From assembly GCA_000004985.1 (NCBI GenBank), contig GG738856.1: DNA of 64,000 bases; one strand, written 5' to 3'. How positions within the stretch are numbered: position 1 is the first letter of the stretch; each line of letters opens with the position of its first letter. Below, piece by piece: positions 9,206 to 19,077 of this stretch. Under the pieces are notes generated by a model that had not been told where the DNA came from, made no database searches, and saw only the letters and a program-made list of their open reading frames with translations. The DNA comes from Naegleria gruberi (Eukaryota). Both the position numbers and the translations under genes were made by a program.

Positions 9206-11101
9206 TTAGGGTGTGTTGGTGAGGAAGATTTTACCAACGAGGAGGTGCATGGTTTTCATCTTTTTAAAGTAATTTTCATTGAGGTGGGATGGAAGGGCTA
9301 GTTGGATTTGATTCGAGTCTATTTGAATGTCATTGATGGCCACAAAGTGGTTGACCTGATCTCTGAGCTGTTCTCGAAGAGAATGTACTGAGCAGATGGA
9401 TTTGGAAAGAGTTACAATCATGTGTTCCTTGACAGAGTCTATCGAATTGAATTGTTGAGTTCTTTCATCGAATTGGTAGAGTTTGACATCATCGAGTGAA
9501 CGAGTAACAATAATTGGATTCGGTCCAAAATATTCATTCACTGATTGGGTTCTGTTTCTTCTCCGTTTCGGTCTGGATTTATGAGTGACGAATTGGCTTG
9601 GTTCGACATTAATTACTTTACAGGTCTTCTTTCGGAGAGTGTTTTCTAATGGAGCTATCAATTTTTCATCCAAACACAAAAGATGTGTAATTTTGAATTG
9701 CTCCACCATGGCACTTAGTGTGATTAGCCCTGTATGGTCAACTCTTCCAGGTGTATTAATCATCCAAAATGTCTTCTTTCCACCAGTATTAATTTTAGTA
9801 TTAATGTTTTTGTAATTTTTGAAAATATTCTTGAAAATTCTCAAATGATCTGCAATAGTTGTACCAGTTGTATCTCCAAAGTTGTAAATATACTTGTTTG
9901 GTGAGTTGTGGACGAGTTCTTTCAGTTTGGAATTGATAGTATTGCACTTGGTGGATAATTTTCCTTGCAACTCGGAGAAGATAAAGTTATTGGAACTGTA
10001 TGTGAAAGCTACACTTCCTGGTAGTGTCATATTATTTTGTCCCATATCCATATCGGAATAGAAACACAATCTCTGATTTTCACTCAGAGCAAAATGCAAA
10101 AAGTAATTGGTTATTGTGGATTTTCCCCTGTCAACTCCTCCAACTACCATAATTCTTGGATTTTCATCCTCCTCAGTAATGGATTGATACAATTTGAATC
10201 TATCCATAAATAATTTACCATCTCCATATGGAATATTTGTACAATCGCCAGTCAACTCTTGCAACTTGTCAATGGTAAATTTGAAATTGTGAAATGCATC
10301 CATATTTGAGGCATTGAAATTAATAGAGTATGAAAAGTCTTCGAGAGCACTTCTATAATCCCCAGTCATGTAAAATGAAACTCCTCTATAAAAGTGAAAC
10401 TCTCCCAACAAGACTCTATCTCCCTCAGTCATGATTAATTTCGAATAATCACCAATTGCATTGCCATACATTTGTCTCTGATAGTAAATCTGAGCTCTCA
10501 AACTCAGTGCTCTATTATTATTTGGGTCAATATCCAACATCCAATTCAACGATTCAAGAGCTTCTTGGCTTTGATCCATCCTCAACAAACAATCAACCTT
10601 ACAATTCATCACATCCAACATGAGCTCTCTAGTAATCATTGGACTCACTTCCAACTCATCCTTACTCAAAAGGAAAAAATCATCAATAGCCCTCAAACAA
10701 TTCTCATTCTCCCTGTTCAAATTATATCTTTGAATAATTTCCAAAATATTTTCAATTCTTTCCATTAAATTATTTTCCATTTCCAAAATTGCAAAATTAT
10801 TATCAGTATGGTCTTGATTTTCCATCACATCACCACCACCAATACTACTACTAGCAGCCATTGAAATGGAGGAATTTAATATTTTACCATTCAGAGTTGA
10901 ATAATTAAAGTCCGATGATGAAGACAATCCAACAATATTATTCAAGTAATTATTATTATTGCAATTGTTGATGAGTAATAATTTCCTCATTGAATGCTTC
11001 AAAAAACTCCTTTTAAAACCATCACCACCACCAGCACCACCAATACGACTACGGATTAAAACATTCATCACGTTCATTCTCTTCTTCATATTTTTTTGCA
11101 T
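9206..11101 (-). CDS. Clp1/Grc3(NOL9)-family polynucleotide 5'-kinase fused to an N-terminal TPR-like region
   Basis: P-loop 'VVGGVDRGKSTITNYFLHFAL' followed by 'DMDMGQNNMTLPGSVAF' (Clp1 pattern GxxxxGKST...DLDxGQ...PG). Later 'WMINTPGRVDHTG'. TPR-like helices upstream ('IYYQRQMYGNAIGDYSKLI...FYRGVSFYMTGDYRSALEDF'). Confidence 0.6.
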   Translation of the reverse strand: MQKNMKKRMNVMNVLIRSRIGGAGGGDGFKRSFLKHSMRKLLLINNCNNNNYLNNIVGLSSSSDFNYSTLNGKILNSSISMAASSSIGGGDVMENQDHTDNNFAILEMENNLMERIENILEIIQRYNLNRENENCLRAIDDFFLLSKDELEVSPMITRELMLDVMNCKVDCLLRMDQSQEALESLNWMLDIDPNNNRALSLRAQIYYQRQMYGNAIGDYSKLIMTEGDRVLLGEFHFYRGVSFYMTGDYRSALEDFSYSINFNASNMDAFHNFKFTIDKLQELTGDCTNIPYGDGKLFMDRFKLYQSITEEDENPRIMVVGGVDRGKSTITNYFLHFALSENQRLCFYSDMDMGQNNMTLPGSVAFTYSSNNFIFSELQGKLSTKCNTINSKLKELVHNSPNKYIYNFGDTTGTTIADHLRIFKNIFKNYKNINTKINTGGKKTFWMINTPGRVDHTGLITLSAMVEQFKITHLLCLDEKLIAPLENTLRKKTCKVINVEPSQFVTHKSRPKRRRNRTQSVNEYFGPNPIIVTRSLDDVKLYQFDERTQQFNSIDSVKEHMIVTLSKSICSVHSLREQLRDQVNHFVAINDIQIDSNQIQLALPSHLNENYFKKMKTMHLLVGKIFLTNTP

Positions 11102-11284
11102 TCGATAAATTGATGAACATTTTGTCCGTCATCAAATTCCGATCATCAAATGAATATTTAAATTATTTAAATTCAATATGATTAATAATATTCTCATGGA
11201 TGAAGAAAATCTAACGTGGATTAGTTAAAAATCTCAGAAAGTTTTCTTCTTATCGGAGTAAAAGTTTGTCAAACTCCTTAAAAA

Positions 11285-12943
11285 ATGTCTCAACAACAAG
11301 AAGCATCTTCTGCAGCCTCATCTACTGCAACAATTGTTGAAGAGAAAATCACAAATAATAACAAGGCTTCTTCATCATCGGCATCTGAACAACAGCAAAG
11401 AGATGTTCCCAAGCTGAAATCACAAGTAAATAAGCAAAAACTTCAAAAGGCTATCAAGGAACATCTTCCTCCTAATCATACATTGTGGAGGGAGGTTTTT
11501 TCATTTCTGGAGAGTGATGATTTGTTCTTTGGTGTTGGATGTGTTTGCAAATGTTGGAAATCTTCATATTTGGATGGAATGACGAGGAATTTATTGATCA
11601 TGTTTAATAGGAATTTACAAACATATTGTGAAAATAATCAGATTAATGAATCGAGTAGGGAACAATTGGCTCGTAGGACTTTTATTGAAATGTGGAAGGA
11701 ATATATTAAATTATTGATTATTAATGATTTGTCACAGATAATAAGATTGGACACTAGAAAGCTTCTCCTTCTCAATTATAATACAAGTGCAAATGATCAT
11801 CATTCGGAAGAATCGAGGTTATTTGAAAAATTTGCAAATGAATTGTGTGACAAGGAAAGAATGCTTCCTATCACCACTAAGAAAGAGTACACAACCATGT
11901 CGATGGAATTGAGAAATATTCTCGTAGGAAAGGGAGCCAATAATAATAATGTAATTCCAACCATTGATAATTCCATTACCATCAAGCCAGTGACAAGCTC
12001 TACCTCTAGTTATAGTATTAGTATTGATGAAAATCCAAATGAAGAAAAGACAGGCCTTTTGAATTCTTACAAGAAGATCAGAATTTCCAACTTTGACATT
12101 CAAAATAAGACTATGATTGAATTGTTGGAAAATCAATGGAAGCAATACTTTTCCAGATTTGTATGGAATCATCAGAGACCTTCAATGCTTCAAAAGACTG
12201 ATCTCACCTCTGGAGAGGTTGTTCTTGACTCTGAGCAAGGTGAAAAATCTGTTGGCATCATTCAAACCATTCTCAATATGTTTGGTTGTAATTTTGAGAA
12301 TGACTTGTCTGCATCCAATGAAAGTTTCAGCTCTAGTTTGTCACTGGGAGATGGTAATGTCAATGTTTTGAATATTTCCCTCTTTATTAATGGAGAGTTT
12401 GGCAGTTTTATTGCTGATGGATATTCAGAGGTTGGATTTGATTTTATGGAGAGAACTTTCAAAATTGGAAAGCAAGTTTATCAATGTAAATTGAATTTGT
12501 GTGGTAAGTTCCAAAGTTTAAAACCCTTAATTTACAATTAATAATAATATTTTACAATTATTTGTGTGAAATATCTATGTGGAAATTAACAATAATTAGC
12601 TGGATCTAAACGATTCATCAGTGGAGGACTCATTCAAACCAAAAATTCAGACTATGTCATTTTGTGCACAACCAATGCAGATATGACTCAATATGAATAC
12701 TTTGAAGCCTACGATACCAATCCAATGACTGAATATCTCCTTGTTCACTTAAAGACTCCACTCTCAGAAGATCTCAAAACAGAAGAAGTTGAAAGAATGA
12801 GAAACTTTTCCAAAACAATTCTCAAATGTCCATTTATTTCCTTGGATAAGGAAACCTTTGGATCCAACATTCCACTCATGTATTGCATTATTTTGCATCA
12901 CTGTCTCAAAAATCAAACCTTCTCATCTTCTAGAAGAAAATAA
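11285..12943 (+). CDS. F-box protein, two exons (11285-12503, 12600-12943)
   Basis: F-box-like 'LWREVFSFLESDDLFFGVGCVCKCWKSS'. A 96-nt intron at 12504-12599 has GTAAGT at the 5' end and AATTAG at the 3' end. Removing it joins ORF 11285-12541 in phase to ORF 12662-12943 (...KLNLC-A-GSKRFISGGLIQTKNSDYVILCTTNADMTQYEYF...). Confidence 0.6.
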
Positions 12944-13037
12944 ATTGTTATCCTCACCACTTCAATGTAAATAATAATTAAATTAATCTTTGATTCAAAT
13001 AATATCCAATGATTAAAATTGTCATTGTTCAAACTGA

Positions 13038-13307
13038 TTAATGTTGTGATTGATCCTTATTTCCCTTCTTGAAAAGATAGGCAAGAGACAATCCAATAAC
13101 AACACCTCCACCCAATAGTGAATATCCAATACCAGTTGCTCTGGCCATTTGTGTTCGGGTGGCATGAAAAGTCTTTGGATTTTTAACTGTTTCCTTGATC
13201 ACATTTTGTATTTTGATTTCTTCGGGATTAATTTGTTTTCCTTCCTTCTCCAATTTTTGATATTGTTTAACAAACTCCTCACTCATATCTTCACTTTTCT
13301 TTTCCAT
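13038..13307 (-). CDS. Small hypothetical protein (89 aa) with a C-terminal transmembrane helix
   Basis: ATG ORF with a charged N-terminus and C-terminal 'IGYSLLGGGVVIGLSLAYLF' followed by basic residues, resembling a tail-anchored topology. Confidence 0.3.
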   Translation of the reverse strand: MEKKSEDMSEEFVKQYQKLEKEGKQINPEEIKIQNVIKETVKNPKTFHATRTQMARATGIGYSLLGGGVVIGLSLAYLFKKGNKDQSQH

Positions 13308-13439
13308 CTTTTATCAATTCTTTCAATCACTCCTAATTATTCTTCTTATTTTGATACTTGAAAGATTTAGCCCGCCAAACAAGTTTCAATTTTTTTGTAA
13401 AATTAATTTTTTAAAAAAATTCTAAGAACCACAACCAAG

Positions 13440-13745
13440 CCTCAACACTCTCACTCACAAAGTTGGTCAGAGAATGATAAGCAGCAAAAGATCTTCATGC
13501 CCAGGTCTTAAGATCACTCCGACCCCTCTGCTTGCAGAGACGTAGTTACGATGGAGTTATTGAGTCATAACTGTGCCAAAGTTAAGCGCCACGATTGGTG
13601 GGGTTTCCTGCTGAGAGTGGTGGAGAAGCTAATCAAAGGGTATCATTCGTTGGAAACACTTGTATGGCTGAGAGATTCACCGAGTAGCAATACTCAATGT
13701 AGTCTCAATAATAAGCTGTATAGTGTGGGATGATACTACCTCACA
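13440..13745 (+). ncRNA. Candidate structured ncRNA in a GC-rich intergenic island (RNase P/MRP-like motifs)
   Basis: About 300 bp at roughly 48% GC sits inside roughly 30% GC intergenic DNA. It contains 'CCCAGGTCTTAAGATCAC' (compare eukaryotic RNase P CR-I 'GGAAGGUCUGAGA'), 'GTATGGCTGAGAG' (compare CR-V 'AAUGGCUGAGG') and a hairpin CTCTGcttgCAGAG. The ends (ATCTTCATGCCCA / TGGGATGATAC) can pair, P1-like, and are followed by TTTTG. Confidence 0.3.
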
Positions 13746-14145
13746 TTTTGTTTTGATATTTCTATATTCTCTTATTTTCTAATACAGAAATTTTATGAGT
13801 TTATGAGATTGCACTAATTGACAAGTTCATTGACAAGAAGAAGGACATGTACTCTCTCTATTCCTTAATATTATTTGAATATTAAACTCAATATCTTATT
13901 CTTTAGCTCCCAATGCAAAAGGCATTAGAGCATGAAACCTTCCAATTCAATTTTTTTCAATTAGAACGTTAGACAACTATTTTTAAATTCCTCATCACAG
14001 ACACGTTGAATTTTCTCTAACAAAAAAATCATCAATTATTCATTATTTCTCCTCAGCAGAAAGTTTTGGCAAAGAAGAATTTAATTGATCATCACTATAA
14101 TATATTAAATTTATTAAATAATAATAATAACAACAAAAATACAAA

Positions 14146-14742
14146 ATGCCATCAATGGATGATTTAGTTTTTAATCTTAAATTTACAAGCAAACAATTCC
14201 AAAGAGCTTCTAAAAAAGCTGAAAAGGAAGAAAAGAAGGAAAAGGACAAGGTTAAACAAGCTATGGAAAAGGGTAATCTTGAAGGTGCTCGTATTCACGC
14301 TCAAACAGCCATCAGAAAAAAGAATGAAACTATTAACTTTTTGAGACTTTCATCAAGAATTGATGCAGTTGCTAGTAGAATGGATACAGCCATCAAGATG
14401 AATAGGGTGACATCAACTATGGGTGGTATTGTTAAGGGAATGGATAAAGTTCTCGGAGCAATGGATGCTAGTAAAATTGGAGCAATTTTGGATAAATTTG
14501 AACAACAATTTGAAGATTTGGATGTTACTAGTCAATACATGGAAAGTTCAATGCAACAAACAACAAGTTTGTCAACACCTGAAGATGAAGTCAATCAACT
14601 CATGGCCGAAGTTGCTGATGAAAATGGTTTGAATGTTTCTGAAAAATTGGGAGCAGTCAAAACCAAGAAGGATGATATCCAAAGTGTTCAAGTTGATGAA
14701 TTATCGGAAAGATTATCCAAACTCAAATCCCAAAAATTGTAA
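14146..14742 (+). CDS. CHMP1: ESCRT-III subunit CHMP1 (Did2/Vps46 homolog)
   Basis: 'DDLVFNLKFTSKQFQRASKKAEKEEKKEKDKVKQAMEKGNLEGARIHAQTAIRKKNETINFLRLSSRIDAVASRMDTA...LDKFEQQFEDLDV...DELSERLSKLK' aligns along its length with CHMP1 ([76 protein letters not shown]). Confidence 0.85.
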   Translation: MPSMDDLVFNLKFTSKQFQRASKKAEKEEKKEKDKVKQAMEKGNLEGARIHAQTAIRKKNETINFLRLSSRIDAVASRMDTAIKMNRVTSTMGGIVKGMDKVLGAMDASKIGAILDKFEQQFEDLDVTSQYMESSMQQTTSLSTPEDEVNQLMAEVADENGLNVSEKLGAVKTKKDDIQSVQVDELSERLSKLKSQKL

Positions 14743-14837
14743 ATTAACCCATCTATTGCCAACACCACATTTGATTTTGTAAAATATTGAATATTTAAAA
14801 AAAATATAAAAAAATGATCTTTTCAATTTTAAAAAAA

Positions 14838-15180
14838 ATGGTCAAGATCCATATTGAATATTGTACTGCGTGAGGTTTGTATTTTACGTAACAAAATTAA
14901 CCGACAAATATTAATTTCTTTATCAATACATTTAATAATAATAATAATATCAATAGGATATGCCTCCAAATTTAGAAATGCTAAATTGTTTATTGAAAAG
15001 AATATTGAAGGTGCCACTGTAGAAGGTAATACAAAGTCCAAGCCTAGAGCTGGAGCTTTTGAAATTACTGACGAGAGTGGTAACTGCTATTACTCCAAGT
15101 TGCAAACTGGTACTCATATTACCAATGAACAACTTGAAGAAGTAGTCAAGGCCATTAAAAAGTCAATGGAAGACAAGTAA
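14838..15180 (+). CDS. SelW-like (Rdx family) selenoprotein with an in-frame UGA Sec codon. Exon 1 is 14838-14874, intron 14875-14956, exon 2 14957-15180.
   Basis: Exon 1 'ATG GTC AAG ATC CAT ATT GAA TAT TGT ACT GCG TGA G' gives MVKIHIEYCTA-U. GTTTGT...AATAG intron (82 nt) joins in phase to exon 2 '(G)YASKFRNAKLFIEKNIEGATVEGNTKSKPRAGAFEITDESGNCYYSKLQTGTHITNEQLEEVVKAIKKSMEDK'. The whole protein aligns with SelW ([28 protein letters not shown]...GTPQATGFFEV...GKL[IV]HSKK...). Exon 2 has no in-frame ATG of its own. Confidence 0.7.
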
Positions 15181-15330
15181 TCTTGTTTTCTTGATTGACT
15201 TTTTGGATCAAGACAATTGTACATTTCGCCGCTATTCTCTCAATGATCCTAACAATGTGTGTTGAGAATTTAGTGGAGTAGTGTAGATATGTTCTTGATC
15301 TGTAGGGCCAAACAGGTTAGATTGTGAGCA

Positions 15331-15382
15331 AGTAATGAAAATGTTGACCTGGTGAGTGACAACTCTGCAACCTTGAATTACT
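15331..15382 (+). promoter_or_regulatory. Candidate SECIS element in the 3' UTR of the SelW-like gene
   Basis: AGTA-ATGA-...-TTGA-ATTACT: the flanking AGTAAT/ATTACT can form helix I around an AUGA...UGA quartet candidate. Helix II and the apical loop could not be folded convincingly by eye. Confidence 0.25.
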
Positions 15383-15677
15383 GGAGTCTGCATCCTTCTA
15401 ATAGATCAACTCTGGGGGGTTCTTTGTTTGAGAAATCAGGCAACATTCTTCTGCGTTTCCTCTCAATCAACCTGCAATAATATTATGTGAAATATATTCA
15501 ACACTAGTAAATTTTTCTTTCACATAAATTGTTGTGATTTATCTTTTTTTCAATGAAATTCAATAAGAAGAAACACTGTTTCATACATTTTCATATCCCT
15601 TCCAACATTTTACCTATTAACATATTAACATTTAATTCAATTTAATAAGAATTTAATATTTAATTTGATATAAAAAA

Positions 15678-16769
15678 ATGCAAAAACGTGAAACCCTCAC
15701 TTCCTTACCTCCAGAGCTTTTCTTCTCCATCCTATCCTACCTCGATAATTGGCAGGAAAAGATACAATTCTGCACCCAATTTACTCGTGCCAAGGAGAGA
15801 AATTGGAGAGAAACATTGAGGGGAATGATTTATGAGAAGAAAACTCATGAATTGGATTTTATTGTTAATGTTTTGCCTCAAAAATTGTTTGTACAGAGGA
15901 GTCGTTGGAATGTCAAAAAAGAACAACCAATGCCTTACTTTGCAAAATTGGTGGACTTGTTGAAATTTGTCAAGAGTAAAAGAAGACATGACATTATGTT
16001 CACAAAAAAGTATGGTAATAGGAAATATAGCTTATTGGGATCTGTTTTGATTTCTTTCAAAAAATACACCAAAAAGGATAACGTTGAGGAGGTCAATGAA
16101 ATTCTCCTTCCTTTTATTAATTACTATTTAGAGGAGGGATTTGAATATTATGGAAATTATTCATTCATAACAAACGAGTCTAATTTTGTAGCCCTACTAA
16201 CTATGGTTGAGTTAGGTTGTTTGGATACTGTTACTGATATTCTTACCAACAAGATTGGTGAATTCAAATTTAATGATAGAAATGCTCAATCATTACTTGT
16301 CAGATTTATGAAATCCCTAGTTCCTCTCGAGGTTTTGAAGAAATGCCTTATTGAAACAAGAATAATAACAGCCTCATTGTTGGTTTCACCTAAAGAACTC
16401 TATCGAAACAGATACATTTCTCATTGCATAGTTTTTATTAATGCAAAGATGGATTACACAAACTGGGAATATTTCAAAAATCTCATTGATCTCATTTCAG
16501 ATCTAATTCTAGAGGCATGCACTAAGGAAGAGTTGGAAAATAATAATCATAGAACTAACATGTTACAATTATTTGGAAAGAAAACGAAAACAGCAGATTC
16601 TAGTTTCGAGTATTCTTCAATTGATTTTCTTGCTGAAACAATAACAAAATCGGAAAAACCAACTTCAAATAAGATGAAGTTTTTATATCATGTGGAGAAT
16701 AGAGTTCGAGTTTCCATTGTACCTCGTTATAAGAATTTAGCTGAATATTATGCAAAGAGATGGATCTAA
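15678..16769 (+). CDS. F-box-like hypothetical protein (363 aa)
   Basis: N-terminal 'LPPELFFSILSYLDNWQEKIQFC' has the F-box pattern; the rest is unrecognised. Confidence 0.45.
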   Translation: MQKRETLTSLPPELFFSILSYLDNWQEKIQFCTQFTRAKERNWRETLRGMIYEKKTHELDFIVNVLPQKLFVQRSRWNVKKEQPMPYFAKLVDLLKFVKSKRRHDIMFTKKYGNRKYSLLGSVLISFKKYTKKDNVEEVNEILLPFINYYLEEGFEYYGNYSFITNESNFVALLTMVELGCLDTVTDILTNKIGEFKFNDRNAQSLLVRFMKSLVPLEVLKKCLIETRIITASLLVSPKELYRNRYISHCIVFINAKMDYTNWEYFKNLIDLISDLILEACTKEELENNNHRTNMLQLFGKKTKTADSSFEYSSIDFLAETITKSEKPTSNKMKFLYHVENRVRVSIVPRYKNLAEYYAKRWI

Positions 16770-16791
16770 AAGCTTTAAAACCTATTTGATT

Positions 16792-18666
16792 TTACAATTG
16801 TTTATTGAGCGAGTTCAATAAAGTCGATTCAAGTTTTGAATAAATGGTCAAATCAATTAGTGCATTCGGATGTGAAAATTGTTGAGGTTGACAAACTTGT
16901 TGGAGGGGAGGCAAAATTGGTAAGGTAATTTCATGGAATGATTTCGAATAATTATTCGAATAAGAATAGAAGGCACGAGTTGCTGCACCTAATGTTGTAC
17001 TATCAGCAGCGTTAGGAATAATGTGAACAGTGGAATTAAAGACATTGGACAATTGTTGGAGAAGAGTAAGGGAATTGGAAGCACCACCTGTCAAGACAAT
17101 TCTAGGTGTTTGTTGTGGAGTGAGAAGGCCATTATCTTGGGCATGTTTACGGAGGGACATGAATTGAGAGAGAACGAGTGATTTCAAATCCATGGACTTG
17201 AGAGCATTGGATTGTTCTACTTGTTGCATTGAAAGTAGTTGCTTGAATTGTTCATCATTGAGTAGTTCGTAATTTTCACAATTGTCATATTTGACAAATC
17301 TATAAAATCCATTTTGAATATGTTGGGGAGTATGAGGAGTAATTTCTGGAAATTGGAAATAAAATCCAATCAAATGCTCCACAGTTTTGAAAATTCCTGA
17401 ATCACTTTGAATTTGAATTGGACTTGGATATGGAGAGCCGATGATATTCTCAAATTCCTTCCAATCTCCATTGCAATACATGGAGCAGAATAAATCTCTG
17501 ACCATTCCTCCGTTTTTAAAGCAGAGTAAGTAGAGGTATTTTTCCTCATTCGATGATAAATGATAGCTAGGATTGATGAAAATGTGTCCCTCCAAATTAT
17601 TGCTCACATGAAGTGAATTTTCATTAACGAGTCCAAATATTGTGTGACTGGTACCTAAGGAAATGCAAATATCATGATTACTTCTCAGAAGGAAGGATGA
17701 AGAATTTTGATTATCACCAGAGAAGGAGCAAACTTGACAATCCTTTGAGAATTGGAATTTTTCACACAGCTTTTGATGAACTTTTCCAACAATAGCATTG
17801 GAAGGAGTCAATTTCTTATCTAAAACCTTTTCAAAACCCTCAACACTTTGATTGGTTAATTTTGACATGGTTCGCAAAATATCTTTCGACCATTCCAAAC
17901 TGTGAATGTCCAATAAATTCATTCCTGATCCATCTGAAAAATCAATCGATTGATACTCTCCAACGAAATAACTTGCAAAGAATGAGGAAATTAAACAAAT
18001 TCTTTCACAATTGTCTTCCAATTTCTTTCCAACCTTTTGGGCGAATTTTACAATTTGACTAGCTGTGAATCTTTCATGAGCAGTGCTTCCACTAATTTTC
18101 ATTAATTCTTCTGCACCTCCTACTCCATTTTCCAGTTGTTGACAAATCTCAGTTGTTGAACTATCCATCCAAATAGGACAATTCTTCATTGCAAAATCAC
18201 TTTCCTTCAAATTCCACACACCAACACCACCCTCTTTTCTCCTCTTCCACAATTCCTCCACACCATTCTCAGAATTCAAATAATTTGCAGCAACATAGAC
18301 CGATCCATGCTGCTGAGCAGAGCCTCCAATACACCTAATTCTCCTCCTAATTTCCACAGGAATCTTCTCCAACAATCTTTCCAAAGCCTCAACGAACATT
18401 AAAATCGGAGAAGAAACCTCTCCAAGATCCTGCTTCTCTCCCTCATGAATCAAAACACCACCCTTTGTATGATAGTGAGGACACTCTGAATCATAATGAA
18501 CATGATCCGAGTGTAGAATTTGAAAAGGAGAATCGAGTGATGAGACCACACTAATCACACTCGCTTTCATTGATTGTGTTCCGACATCAATACCAAGAAA
18601 AAAGAATTGTTCTTGTTCATCATCTTCATCATGATTGTGAATAATGCCCTTTGGTGGTTGAGACAT
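16792..18666 (-). CDS. FGGY-family carbohydrate kinase, xylulokinase-like
   Basis: N-terminal 'FLGIDVGTQSMKASVI' (FGGY phosphate-1 motif), 'GGVLIHEGEKQ...SSPILMFVEALERLLEK', 'CIGGSAQQHGSVY' and C-terminal 'LTGGASNSLTLLQQLSNVFN' parallel human XYLB. Confidence 0.65.
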   Translation of the reverse strand: MSQPPKGIIHNHDEDDEQEQFFFLGIDVGTQSMKASVISVVSSLDSPFQILHSDHVHYDSECPHYHTKGGVLIHEGEKQDLGEVSSPILMFVEALERLLEKIPVEIRRRIRCIGGSAQQHGSVYVAANYLNSENGVEELWKRRKEGGVGVWNLKESDFAMKNCPIWMDSSTTEICQQLENGVGGAEELMKISGSTAHERFTASQIVKFAQKVGKKLEDNCERICLISSFFASYFVGEYQSIDFSDGSGMNLLDIHSLEWSKDILRTMSKLTNQSVEGFEKVLDKKLTPSNAIVGKVHQKLCEKFQFSKDCQVCSFSGDNQNSSSFLLRSNHDICISLGTSHTIFGLVNENSLHVSNNLEGHIFINPSYHLSSNEEKYLYLLCFKNGGMVRDLFCSMYCNGDWKEFENIIGSPYPSPIQIQSDSGIFKTVEHLIGFYFQFPEITPHTPQHIQNGFYRFVKYDNCENYELLNDEQFKQLLSMQQVEQSNALKSMDLKSLVLSQFMSLRKHAQDNGLLTPQQTPRIVLTGGASNSLTLLQQLSNVFNSTVHIIPNAADSTTLGAATRAFYSYSNNYSKSFHEITLPILPPLQQVCQPQQFSHPNALIDLTIYSKLESTLLNSLNKQL

Positions 18667-19077
18667 TTTTTAAAGATAATATTTAAATAATTTACAATGA
18701 TGATGATGAAAAAGCTGTAAAGCATTGTTAAGGAAGATAAAGTAAGGAAGAATAAAACTGTAAATTGATCATGAATGGAGAAGAGTACCAAAAAAGTACT
18801 TTTCCTCATCAATAATTGACCAAACCAAGAATTGATAATTATAATCCGTAATTACAATAAAGCAATATTTAACTCATCATTCCATCTCCAATTACTTCTT
18901 CTCTATCACCAAATATCATCTTGTTCTTCTTATTAAAATTATTTTTCATCAATGAATTGTTTTAAAATTTTGATCATCTTTATTTTTGTAACAATTTCCG
19001 ATCGTACAAGTTTTTAGCTGTTACGAATCTAAGAGTTATAGATGATCATCATTATCTTCATTTACAATATGATACAA

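Noticed and set aside
13551-13733. 60-aa ORF (MELLSHNCAKVKRHDWWGF...) inside the GC-rich island
   Set aside because: No start context, no homology, and composition driven by the GC-rich putative ncRNA. Treated as a by-product of the structured-RNA candidate.
15237-15266. Alternative SECIS candidate TCTCA-ATGA-...-TGAGA just after the selenoprotein stop
   Set aside because: The flanking helix is only 5 bp and the intervening segment (about 16 nt) is too short to form SECIS helix II plus an apical loop. The 15331-15382 candidate is better spaced.
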